64,000 bases of DNA, taken from the NCBI GenBank assembly GCA_963698595.1, contig CAVORL010000002.1, positions 80,555 to 144,554 on the forward strand, read 5' to 3'. This stretch comes from an uncultured Chloroflexia bacterium. Lineage in GTDB: Bacteria; Chloroflexota; Limnocylindria; Limnocylindrales; CSP1-4. This document shows positions 55,981 to 64,000 of this stretch, piece after piece. The position numbers were made by a program, and so were the translations under genes. A model generated the notes under the pieces. That model did not search any database. It was given only the letters and a program-made list of their open reading frames with translations, and was not told the DNA's origin. The first letter of the stretch is position 1. Every line of letters begins with the position of its first letter.

Positions 55981-57155
55981 CCGACGTTGCCTGGCTGACC
56001 TCGTCCTACCCCTGGGCGGACGACCCGGTCGGCGGCATCTTCTTTCGTGCTCAGGCCCGCGCGCTGGGACGTGCGGGCCTCTCGATGACCGTCGTCGCCC
56101 CGGTGCCGGCCGTCCCGTGGCCGCTGGCCCATTTCCGCGCGAGGTGGCGGGCGCACGCCCTCGCCCCCCACGAGGAGCGAGACGGGTCGATCCAGGTGCT
56201 GCGGCCGCGGTACCCGAACGTGCCGGGTCAGCCGAGCTGGGCGATGCCCGATCGCTTCATCGCCGACGCAGCGTGGCGGACGCGAGACCGATGGCCCGAC
56301 GCCCGGCTCATCCACGGCCACTACTCGATCATCGGCCTCGCGACCCGGCGCCTCGCCCTGCGGGCCGGCACGCCGTACGCCCTCACGTTCCACGGCAGCG
56401 ACATCAACACATGGCCCGACCTCCACCCCGAACGCCTTGCCGACCTCCGGGTCGCCGTCCGCGAGGCGGCCGCGGTCTTCGCGGTCAGCGGAGCCCTCGC
56501 TGATCGCGTGCGCTCACTGACCGGCGTCGAAGCCATCCACCTGCCGATCGGCAGCGACCATCGCGCGATCGCCGCCGCCCTCGTGCCTCGTTCGGAGGCG
56601 CGTCGCCTGCTCGGCCTCCGGGACGATGACCTCATCGCCCTGTTCGTCGGACGCCTCGTCCCGGAGAAGGGGGTTCGAGAGCTGGTCAGTGCCGTCCTCG
56701 AGCTGGGGAGCCCCTTCTCGGCCGTGCTCGTCGGGTCCGGACCGGAGGCCGGGTTCGGGGCCGACCAGCCGAGAGCCGCAGGTCGACTGCTGTACGCGGG
56801 GGCCCGATCGCACGAGGAGGTGGTGCGGTTCATGGCGGCGGCCGACGTCCTCGTCCTCCCCTCGCGCAGCGAGGGCCTGCCCACGGTCCTCGTCGAGGCG
56901 GGCTCCGTCGGCCTCCCCGTGATCGCGAGCGGCGTCGGCGGCATCCCAGAGCTCCTCGACGAAAGCCGGGGGGCCGTGATCCCCGAGGTGTCAGGCGCGG
57001 GTGTCGCCGCCGCCCTTGCCGCATTCAGGGCGTCGCCGGAGCAGGCGCGCGAGGCCGCCGATCGGCTCCATGCCCACGTGCTCGAGGCCTACGACATCGA
57101 TCGCAACGCCCAGCTCCTGGCGGCCCGCTATCGCGAGATCGCGGAGCGGCGCTGA
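55977..57155 (+). CDS. Glycosyltransferase family 4 (GT-B)
   Basis: 392 codons from the GTG that overlaps the wzy-like stop (GTGA). ..FVGRLVPEKGV..LPSRSEGLPTVLVEAGSVGLPVIASGVGGIPELL (the EX7E region). Confidence 0.85.
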   Translation: MTDVAWLTSSYPWADDPVGGIFFRAQARALGRAGLSMTVVAPVPAVPWPLAHFRARWRAHALAPHEERDGSIQVLRPRYPNVPGQPSWAMPDRFIADAAWRTRDRWPDARLIHGHYSIIGLATRRLALRAGTPYALTFHGSDINTWPDLHPERLADLRVAVREAAAVFAVSGALADRVRSLTGVEAIHLPIGSDHRAIAAALVPRSEARRLLGLRDDDLIALFVGRLVPEKGVRELVSAVLELGSPFSAVLVGSGPEAGFGADQPRAAGRLLYAGARSHEEVVRFMAAADVLVLPSRSEGLPTVLVEAGSVGLPVIASGVGGIPELLDESRGAVIPEVSGAGVAAALAAFRASPEQAREAADRLHAHVLEAYDIDRNAQLLAARYREIAERR

Positions 57156-57159
57156 CACG

Positions 57160-57969
57160 TCACGACGGCGCCGGCCCCGCAGACCCGGGCAGGCCCCGGC
57201 GGCCCTCCCGCCAGAGCCAGCGCACCGTGTGAGGGGCGAAGCCGGTGCGCTCCTTGAAGAACACGAGGCCCGACGAGGCACCCCAGAACGTGTCGTACAC
57301 GAGCCACGTGGGAGTGCCGTCTGATCGCCGGGCGTCGATGCAGTGGCCCACGACCTCGCCCATCAGCAGGTACATGATCCCTTGCTCGAGGTGGTCGGCA
57401 TGGCCGATCATCGCCGAGAAGGTGTACGCGTCGCCCGCGTCGATCACGACGGCATAGGCGCGAAGATGCCCTGCGGCATCCAGAATTGCGTGGATCGCGG
57501 GATGTGCCCCGACGGTCGCGGCCAGGTAGTCGCGGTCCCGGAACTTGGCGACCATGGGTCTCCCCTGGCGGCTCGGCGCTGATCGATTGATCTCGAGGAT
57601 GTCGTCGAGGTACGGGAGCGGCGCCACGGACGCATAGCGGTACCCGGCGCTCTCCGCATGCTTGCGTCGGCGCCGCGGGAGACGGGATCCCGACCGCAGG
57701 TACGCCTCCCGGGACTCGGGCAGGCGAAGGAGGGCGACGCCCCACCGCTTGGCTGCCGTGAACCTGAAGCGCGGATGGCGCGCCGTGAAGGCAGCGAAGA
57801 CGGCGCGCGCCTCGTCGGCCCCGTGGAGCACGATGGTGACCCGCGGAGCGCGCAGCACCTCGACCGTGCGCTCCCACCGCGCCCGGAGCGAGCGGCCCGC
57901 GCTCCCGCCGCCCGGCCCGTCCGGCGGTGCGCCTGCCGCGGTTCGCGTGGTCCCGGAATCGTCGCTCAT
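57160..57969 (-). CDS. Putative GNAT-fold acyltransferase (uncharacterised)
   Basis: 269 codons from MSDDSGTT, with ATGA overlap to the upstream gene. ..ILEINRSAPSRQGRPM..AYAVVIDAGDAYTFSAMIGHADHLEQGIMYLLMGEVV..LVFFKERTGFAP.. looks like an acyl-CoA N-acyltransferase core. The function call is tentative. Confidence 0.55.
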   Translation of the reverse strand: MSDDSGTTRTAAGAPPDGPGGGSAGRSLRARWERTVEVLRAPRVTIVLHGADEARAVFAAFTARHPRFRFTAAKRWGVALLRLPESREAYLRSGSRLPRRRRKHAESAGYRYASVAPLPYLDDILEINRSAPSRQGRPMVAKFRDRDYLAATVGAHPAIHAILDAAGHLRAYAVVIDAGDAYTFSAMIGHADHLEQGIMYLLMGEVVGHCIDARRSDGTPTWLVYDTFWGASSGLVFFKERTGFAPHTVRWLWREGRRGLPGSAGPAPS

Positions 57970-58871
57970 CGCCGAGGCCCCCGGCGGGGGCGCTTCAGGG
58001 GAGGCAGCGAGAAGGCCGCACCCTCCCACAGGCGCTGCAGGTTGTCACGGGCGTTGACCAACGGGGCTGACCTCCAATGGCGAGGGTGGACGAGCGCGTA
58101 GACGACGTCCTCGCCTCGCCCGATCGCGGCGAGCGGGCTCTCCGGGACCCAGCAGCGTGGTGGCGCGGAATCGGCGGATCGCCTCGGCATGCGGCCCAAG
58201 AGGTCGTCGTCGTAGGCTTCGAGGTCGATCCCTACCTCGCGGCGGTACTGGCGGTCCGCGAGGATCAACCAGTTCGGCACGCCGAGCCGACGATTCGTGA
58301 AGTCGCCGTGCGACGCGGCGACTCGCAGGGACAGGCTCGTGGCCGCGCGCAGCCGCGCGAGGTTGGCCCGGAACAGGGCGCGCGCCTCCGGAAGCGCGCC
58401 GAGGGCTGCCTCGCGAGTCCGCAGGTGTCGCGTCTTGGCGATCGTTGCCAGCTCCTCGTAGTGGTACCCGACCTCGCTGCCGTCCTGCGAGATCGCGGAC
58501 ATCAACGCGCCGTCACTGGTCGAGAGGCGGAAGAAGTAGCTGCTCGAGATCCCCATGTCTCGCTCGATTCGCCACATCTCCTCCGCGGTCCGGGGATCGG
58601 TGTCGACGTCGTGGCGCAGCACGAAGTACCTGTTGTCATCGAGCCCGGACGACTCGGAGGCGAGGCGCCAGAACTGCTCGATGCCGACAACACGGTACCC
58701 TGCGGCGAGCGTCGACTCCAAGAAGCTGGCGTACTCGCCGAGGCGCGACGCCATGAGGAAGTCGGCGCGGATCCGGTACCAGACGATCACGTGGGCTGCT
58801 CCGGGCGCCGCGCACATCTGCCCGTGCACTTGCGCGGGCACCTGGCGGTGGCCGTCCAACGAGACGGGCAT
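57966..58871 (-). CDS. Polysaccharide-deacetylase-like protein
   Basis: 301 codons from MPVSLDGH in track ORF 57966..60290. ..YFVLRHDVDTDP..SSYFFRL..GYHYEE..ASHGDF.. resembles NodB-type/7-stranded-barrel deacetylases. A -10-like hexamer ends 5 nt before the ATG, suggesting a leaderless transcript. Confidence 0.6.
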   Translation of the reverse strand: MPVSLDGHRQVPAQVHGQMCAAPGAAHVIVWYRIRADFLMASRLGEYASFLESTLAAGYRVVGIEQFWRLASESSGLDDNRYFVLRHDVDTDPRTAEEMWRIERDMGISSSYFFRLSTSDGALMSAISQDGSEVGYHYEELATIAKTRHLRTREAALGALPEARALFRANLARLRAATSLSLRVAASHGDFTNRRLGVPNWLILADRQYRREVGIDLEAYDDDLLGRMPRRSADSAPPRCWVPESPLAAIGRGEDVVYALVHPRHWRSAPLVNARDNLQRLWEGAAFSLPPLKRPRRGPRR

Positions 58872-58876
58872 GGGGG

Positions 58877-58886
58877 ATTCTAGAAT
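58877..58886. promoter_or_regulatory. 10-bp perfect palindrome ATTCTAGAAT giving TAGAAT -10-like boxes on both strands
   Basis: The only AT-rich patch in the 120-bp divergent spacer. Confidence 0.35.
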
Positions 58887-58991
58887 AGGCTCGCCCGATG
58901 GGCCCGATGCGAGTGGAGTGCCGATGCGCGATGGACCGACACGCCAGCGCCGCCTGATCGCCGCCGTGGCGAGCCTCGAGGCATCCCGTCC

Positions 58992-60278
58992 TTGATGCAC
59001 CCTGGGCTGCGCGTCGCAATGGCGGTGTACGGCGACATCACGCACGACAGCCGCGTCCAGCGGGAGGCCATCGCCCTCGCCGACGCCGGCCACACCGTTT
59101 CCGTCTACTGCCTCGGGTGGTCGAGCGATCTGGCGCCCCGGTTCGATGACCGCATCGACGTGGTCGTCCTCGTGCCGGAACGCTCGGAGGTCACCCCGGG
59201 AACCGTCAGCCCGTTCCTCGAGCGCTCGTCGCGCTCGATGGTGCGCCGCCTCGGCGCCCGGGCCGGCTGGCTCGTCGGCTACGTGCGAAATCTGCGGGCG
59301 TGGGGCCGGATGGCGCTCGTCCGCGCTGACCGGGCGGACGTGTGGCATCTCCACGACTTCGCCGCGCTCGTCGCGATCGCATCCCGCGTCGAGGGGGGGG
59401 TCCCCATCGTGTACGACGTTCACGACATCTTCGCCGAGACCGGCAGCGGGCGCCACCTGCCGGGCCTCCTTCGTCGCGCCGCGAGAGCATACGAGCAATG
59501 GCTCGTCCGTCGCTCGGCGTTCATCGTTGCCGTCAACGGTGGCATCGCCGCCGACATCGAGCAACGTTCGCGGGGGCGCAAGGTGATCGTCGTGCACAAC
59601 GCTGCACCGCGGTGGGTGGTGCCAGATCCCCGGCCCGACCTGATCCGCCAGCACGCCGGGCTCTCTCCGGGGACTCCAGTCGTCCTCTATCACGGGCTCC
59701 TGTCGCGCCAGCGCGGACTCGAACGGCTGTGCGAGGCCATGCTCGAGCCCGAGCTCAGGGAAGTCCACCTCGCCCTCCTCGGCTACGGCCCCCTGCAGGA
59801 CACGCTGATCGAGATCGCCGGTGACCCCCGGTACCTCGGACGGATCCACGTGCTCGATGCCGTCGCCCCCGACGCGCTCCTGCCATGGGTCGCATCGGCC
59901 GACGTCGGGGCGATGGCCATGCCGCCGGCGACGAAGAACCTGGTGCTCTCCACCCCGAACAAGCTCTTCGAGTGCCTCGCGGCCGGCACCCCGCCAGTGG
60001 TGAGCGACTTCCCCCTGATCCGCCGGATCGTGATGGACGATCCGGGCGGGCCCCTCGGCGCGATCTGCGATCCCTCCGACACGCGGAGCGTCGCCCTCGC
60101 GCTCGCGGGGATCCTGCGCCCCGACCCCGAGATCCGCATGGCGCTCAGGCGACGATGCCACGCGGCGGCGGACGAGCGCTGGAACTGGGAGGCGGAGGCT
60201 GGCCGCCTCGTCGCCGAATATGGCCGGCTCAACAGGGCGACCGAGCCCGCGCCGGTGCCGGCGGGGCATGCGCCGTGA
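58992..60278 (+). CDS. Glycosyltransferase family 4 (GT-B)
   Basis: LRVAMAVYGDITHDSRVQREA..VWHLHDF..VYDVHDIFAE..; C-terminal ..STPNKLFECLAAGTPPVVSD. TTG-ATG at the start (ATG at 58995). Confidence 0.85.
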   Translation: MMHPGLRVAMAVYGDITHDSRVQREAIALADAGHTVSVYCLGWSSDLAPRFDDRIDVVVLVPERSEVTPGTVSPFLERSSRSMVRRLGARAGWLVGYVRNLRAWGRMALVRADRADVWHLHDFAALVAIASRVEGGVPIVYDVHDIFAETGSGRHLPGLLRRAARAYEQWLVRRSAFIVAVNGGIAADIEQRSRGRKVIVVHNAAPRWVVPDPRPDLIRQHAGLSPGTPVVLYHGLLSRQRGLERLCEAMLEPELREVHLALLGYGPLQDTLIEIAGDPRYLGRIHVLDAVAPDALLPWVASADVGAMAMPPATKNLVLSTPNKLFECLAAGTPPVVSDFPLIRRIVMDDPGGPLGAICDPSDTRSVALALAGILRPDPEIRMALRRRCHAAADERWNWEAEAGRLVAEYGRLNRATEPAPVPAGHAP

Positions 60279-61213
60279 GAACGCCGCCACCCGGATCGAC
60301 GCCGCGGTCCCGCATCGTGGTGACCGGCGGCGCGGGGTTCATCGGCAGCCACCTCGTCCACCGGCTGACAGCCGACGACAACGAGGTCCTCGTGCTCGAC
60401 GACCTCTCGACCGGGCTGGAGGCGAACGTGGCGCCCGGGGCGACGCTCGAGCGGCTGGACATCTCCGGGCCGGGCGTCGCTCGCCTGGTGCGAGCGTGGC
60501 GGCCCGCCATCGTCTACCACCTCGCCGCGCAGGCAAGCGTAGTGCGCTCGGGCCTGGATCCGCTGCGCGACCTGCGCGTCAACGTCATGGGAACGCAGCG
60601 GGTCGCGGCCGCCGCGCGGGCGTGCGGGGCTCGGCGCCTCGTCTTCGTCTCCTCGGGCGGAGCCATCTACGGGGAGTCGGCCCGGGCGGCAACAGAGCGC
60701 ACGCCACCAGCCCCCACGTCCCACTACGGCATGCACAAGCTGGCGGCCGAGGGCCACGTGCGCCTTGCCGGGCTCTCCCACGCGATCCTCCGCCCATCAA
60801 ACGTGTACGGCCCGCGCCAGGCCTCCGGTCTGGAAGGTGCGGTCGTCGCCGTGTTCATCGCGCAGGCGCTCACGCACGGCGCCCTCGAGATCCACGGTGA
60901 TGGCCGGCAGACGCGCGACTTCGTCCACGTCTTGGACATCGTCGAGGCCATCGTTGCCCTGGGCCGGCCCTCAGCGGGAGACGGCACCTGGAACGTCGCG
61001 TCCGGGAGGAGCATCCAGATCTCGACGCTTGCCGATCTCGTCGAGCGCGCCGTCCAACGGCCGCTCGTCCGCTCGTTCGGCCCGCCCAGGCCGGGTGACG
61101 TGAGGGTCTCTGCCATCTCACCCACCGCACTCCGGCGCCTCGGCTGGCGGCCGAGGGTGCGCCTCGAGGCCGGGTTGACGGACCTCGTTCGGGCGGCGCG
61201 CCCCGGGGCCTGA
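60275..61213 (+). CDS. NAD-dependent sugar epimerase/dehydratase (GalE-like extended SDR)
   Basis: A GTG overlapping the upstream stop (GTGA) gives VRTPPPGSTPRSRIVVTGGAGFIGSHLV..SSGGAIYG..YGMHK. The track ORF opens at 59885 in the same frame. Confidence 0.85.
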   Translation: MRTPPPGSTPRSRIVVTGGAGFIGSHLVHRLTADDNEVLVLDDLSTGLEANVAPGATLERLDISGPGVARLVRAWRPAIVYHLAAQASVVRSGLDPLRDLRVNVMGTQRVAAAARACGARRLVFVSSGGAIYGESARAATERTPPAPTSHYGMHKLAAEGHVRLAGLSHAILRPSNVYGPRQASGLEGAVVAVFIAQALTHGALEIHGDGRQTRDFVHVLDIVEAIVALGRPSAGDGTWNVASGRSIQISTLADLVERAVQRPLVRSFGPPRPGDVRVSAISPTALRRLGWRPRVRLEAGLTDLVRAARPGA

Positions 61214-61230
61214 CGGACGGGGCACGCCGG

Positions 61231-62281
61231 TCACTGCTCGATGGTGTTGTCCTCGACAACGACCCGCGTGCTCAGGTCCTGGAAGTCGACGAGGAACCGG
61301 TTCTTGCCCCAGCCGGTCGCGGTGTTCCCGACCACCGCGACGATATCCGCGTGGTACAGGGTCACTGCGGCGAGGTTCGTGTCGATCGGGGCAGGGCTGA
61401 GCAGCAGGTTCCCGAGGATGGCGATGTCGGTCGGGTAGTTCCCGGCCCCGTCGCTCGTGACGAAGATGGCACGCATCGATCGTCGGACCGTGTTCTCCTG
61501 GAACACGATGCGCCGGCCTCCGTGCGTGTCGAGGGCATGCCAGGTGGGGACATCCTCGACGGTGTTGCCGCGGACCAGGAAGTCCGCGGTCGGGAGGCTC
61601 GTCTCCCTGGGTCGTCAGCACGATGCCGTAGGCATTGCCACCGCTCGCCTCCGCACCCTCGACGCCGATGCGGCGGACCACGTTGTCCTCGATGGTGCCC
61701 ACCGCGCCCGACAGCACCATGAGGCCCGCGTACACGATGTCGCTCACCTCGTTCCGCTCGAGGTGCACGTCGGCGACGTTGCGCAGGTAGGCGCCGAAGC
61801 CGCCGAGGGAGGCGATCCGGCTGTCCCGGATCGTGAGCCGGCGGACGGGGTTCGACGGGGTGGCGCCCACGTACACCCCGACCTCCTCGAAGACGTAGGA
61901 CGTCGACTGGGCCCCGGTCACCGTGAGCCCGTCGAGCGTGACGTCGTCGGCAGCGACGGTGATCCCGACCCCGCCGGCAGGCACGAGGACCGTCGCCCCC
62001 ACGAGCGTGATCGGCTTGGCGATCGTCGCTCCCGCTGGGTAGACGCAGCCTCGGAGGTCGAGGGTTGCGCCGACCGGGGCGGCGTCAACCTCGGCCTGCA
62101 GCGTGGGGCCGCACGGCTGATCGCTGGGGCGAGCCGGGTACGAGGGTCTCTGCGTGGTCGCAGCAGTCGGGTCCGGGGTCGCCCCCGGAGGCGACGCGGC
62201 GGTGCTCGTGCCGAGGAGGGTGACGACTCCCGCGACGACAAGGATCGCGCCGGCCACGCCAACGAGGTCGCCCCTTCGCAC
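61231..62281 (-). pseudogene. Right-handed parallel beta-helix protein 3, interrupted by a 1-nt frameshift near 61585-61600
   Basis: N-terminal 228 codons in the frame of track ORF 61118..62281 (..PCGPTLQAEVDAAPVGATLDLRGC..GGNAYGIVLTTQGDEPP). Homology to paralogs 1 and 2 then continues in the frame of ORF 61231..61506, which is open from 61614: TADFLVRGNTVEDVPTWHALDTHGGRRIVFQENTVRRSMRAIFVTSDG..EDNTIEQ*. The total length is 1051 nt, which is not a multiple of 3. Confidence 0.7.
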
Positions 62282-62472
62282 GTTCGCCGCCCATTCTCCT
62301 TCGAGGCCGGATGCGTGCCTCGATTATGATCCGCGTCCGTGGCACCATCGGCCTGTCGGACCGGGGTTCTCCACGCATGCTGATCGCCCCGAGCGTCCTC
62401 CCGCAACCCTAGCCCACGGAGAGAGATGCCGCTTCGCAGACACGCCGGCGATCGAGCGGGGTCCCGCCGCCG

Positions 62473-63819
62473 ATGACCCAGGTCGCTCGCAGTGGAGGGT
62501 TCTCCGAACGCGTCGTCACCCTGTTCGCCGCGCAGCTCGTGACGGCCGTCATCGGGATCTTCAACTCGATCTTGTTCGCCCGGCTGCTCGGGCCCGAGGC
62601 GAAGGGCGACTACTACCTCCTCGTCCTCGTGCCGAACACCGTCCTGGTGCTGGTGCAGCTGGGGCTTCCCACGGCCCTGGGCTTCTACGCGGCCCGGGGT
62701 AGGACGACCGAGATCGTGCGCCGCGCCGTCGCCCTGGCGATCTTCCTGTCGACCGTGTCGCTCCTGGCGGTCTTCCTGCTCCTCCCTACGCTCGAGAGCG
62801 CGCTCTTCCGGGGCGTCGATCGCACGCTCGTCGTCGTGGCGGTGTGCGTCATCCCGGTGCTCGTCGTCACCACGTTCGTGTCGAGCATCGTGATCGCGCT
62901 GAAGTCCGTGCGCTGGTATGCCGGCGTCCTGATCGGGCAGTCACTGACGTCCCTGGTCCTGCTCGTGGTCATCGTGGGCTTCATGGGCTACGCGGTCGAG
63001 GGTGCGCTCGCCACGTACCTCGTGGCCGCGCTGTTCGGGGTGACCGGGTTCCTCGTCGGGGCTGTCCGCGCGGTACGGGGCGTCCACGCCGGCCCCGCCG
63101 TCACGTGGTGGGAGCTCGTTCGGTACGGCGTTCCCCTCTATCCCTCCAGCCTCACGTCCTTCTTCAGCTCCCGTGCCGATGTCTTCCTCATCGCGGCGCT
63201 GGTCTCCGACCAGTCGGCCGCCCTCGGCTACTACAGCATGGCCGTCACGCTCGCGGAGATGGCGACCTACCTTCCGAATGCCGTCTCGTCCATCTTCCTC
63301 CCGCACGTCGCCGGCATCGCGCGCGAGGATGCCGACCGCCACGTGACGGCGGTCGCGCGGAGCACGATCCTCCTCACGGGCGCCACGGCGCTCCTCATCG
63401 TGCCGGCGGGAACCATCCTGATCTCCGTCGTCCTTCCGGCCTTCACGCCGGCCCTCCCAGCCCTCTACATGCTCCTGCCGGCCGTGGTGTCGCTCGCGAT
63501 CGCGAGGGTGGTGGGCGAGTACGTCTCGGGGCTCGGACTGACCGGGCGGACGTCGGTCGCCACGGTGATCGGGTTCGCCGTCAACCTCGTCGCGAACGTC
63601 ATCCTCATCCCCGTCTACGGGATCGTCGGAGCGGCGGCGTCGTCGCTCCTCTCGTACACGGTGACAGCGCTCGTCATCACCCTGATCGCTTCGCGCCTGG
63701 CGGGGGCTCCGCTGCATCGTTTCTGGGTCCCGGGCGTCGCCGATGCCCGCTTCATCGCCTCGACGGCCGCCGCGCTCCTGGGCCGCGCGCTGCGACGATC
63801 GGGCAGCCGGCCCTCGTGA
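62473..63819 (+). CDS. Wzx-type oligosaccharide flippase (polysaccharide biosynthesis protein, MOP superfamily)
   Basis: 448 aa with about 12-14 TM helices. N-terminal ..LFAAQLVTAVIGIFNSILFARLLGPEAKGDYYL.. is typical of PST-family flippases. Confidence 0.85.
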   Translation: MTQVARSGGFSERVVTLFAAQLVTAVIGIFNSILFARLLGPEAKGDYYLLVLVPNTVLVLVQLGLPTALGFYAARGRTTEIVRRAVALAIFLSTVSLLAVFLLLPTLESALFRGVDRTLVVVAVCVIPVLVVTTFVSSIVIALKSVRWYAGVLIGQSLTSLVLLVVIVGFMGYAVEGALATYLVAALFGVTGFLVGAVRAVRGVHAGPAVTWWELVRYGVPLYPSSLTSFFSSRADVFLIAALVSDQSAALGYYSMAVTLAEMATYLPNAVSSIFLPHVAGIAREDADRHVTAVARSTILLTGATALLIVPAGTILISVVLPAFTPALPALYMLLPAVVSLAIARVVGEYVSGLGLTGRTSVATVIGFAVNLVANVILIPVYGIVGAAASSLLSYTVTALVITLIASRLAGAPLHRFWVPGVADARFIASTAAALLGRALRRSGSRPS

Positions 63820-63833
63820 TACCGTCCCATCCG

Positions 63834-64000
63834 ATGGACCAGGAACGAGCCTCGGGCCTGCCTGTCGCGCGGCGCGTCTGGATCGTCAATCACCACGCCG
63901 CCCTGCCCGACCAGGCTTCTGGCACGCGCCACTTCTCGCTGGCCCGAGAGCTCGTGCGGCGGGGCCACTCGGTGACGATCTTCGCGGCGAGCGTCGGCCA
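63834..64000 (+). CDS. Glycosyltransferase family 4, N-terminal fragment (continues beyond the window)
   Basis: Hand translation from ATG 63834: MDQERASGLPVARRVWIVNHHAALPDQASGTRHFSLARELVRRGHSVTIFAAS, a WcaI-like GT4 N-terminus. Confidence 0.7.
   Translation, partial: MDQERASGLPVARRVWIVNHHAALPDQASGTRHFSLARELVRRGHSVTIFAASVG

Noticed and set aside
59885-60274. First 130 codons of the 442-aa ORF preceding the epimerase
   Set aside because: It overlaps the 3' end of the GT4 gene. The Rossmann motif VVTGGAGFIGS lies just after the GTG at 60275.
61575-61600. Programmed +1 ribosomal frameshift at the beta-helix 3 junction
   Set aside because: There is no recognisable slippery or hungry-codon context and no downstream stimulatory structure. 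A simple indel (pseudogene or sequencing error) is more parsimonious.
1-64000. Search for CRISPR arrays, IS elements, integrases, phage genes and flanking tRNA/att sites that would mark the glycan island as mobile
   Set aside because: I saw no repeat-spacer arrays and no transposase or integrase motifs. The only tandem repeats are in-frame coding repeats. Island mobility cannot be supported from this window.

Overview
High-GC window (about 70% or more by eye), densely coding, with actinobacterial or other high-GC monoderm-style gene content. I found no rRNA, tRNA, CRISPR array, transposase, integrase or phage genes. In DNA this GC-rich, every real gene is shadowed by long Arg/Pro/Gly-rich ORFs in other frames. 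I therefore called genes only where the translation shows recognisable domain motifs. I re-derived starts by counting codons inside the track ORFs. The track writes M for GTG/TTG starts.

Left third, 1-28 kb, housekeeping and envelope genes:
- a partial OYE flavin oxidoreductase with a divergent AraC regulator
- two tandem OmpR/histidine-kinase pairs, the second fused by overlapping stops and starts to a small membrane protein, GtrA and a GT39 (ArnT/PMT-like) glycosyltransferase
- an MFS transporter and two secreted S8 subtilases
- VIT1, PAP2, a DEAD-box helicase, proline dehydrogenase, YdeI, a lipoprotein and a rhodanese
- an orphan KamD-like protein, a MoaD-MoaE (MoaX-like) fusion and a UPF0173 hydrolase

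Right part, about 28.2 kb to the window end, one large Wzx/Wzy-type surface-glycan island that runs off the right edge:
- a CDP-hexose branch: rfbF, an RmlC-like epimerase, an SDR, a SAF-domain oxidoreductase and a PIG-L deacetylase
- a WbpA/B/E/D-like operon for a 2,3-diacetamido uronic acid
- a PglC/E/D-like priming branch
- an unusual decoration module: two FemAB-fold genes, a carrier protein, an adenylating ligase, an AsnB-like amidotransferase, a NadE-like PP-loop enzyme, a VOC protein and an ATP-grasp protein
- a Wzy-like polymerase, a Wzx flippase, GT2/GT4 transferases and a deacetylase/GNAT pair
- three paralogous secreted beta-helix proteins, one of them frameshifted

The decoration module (38.7-51 kb) is my best candidate for an undescribed system. 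All functional calls rest on motif recognition by eye; no database search was run.
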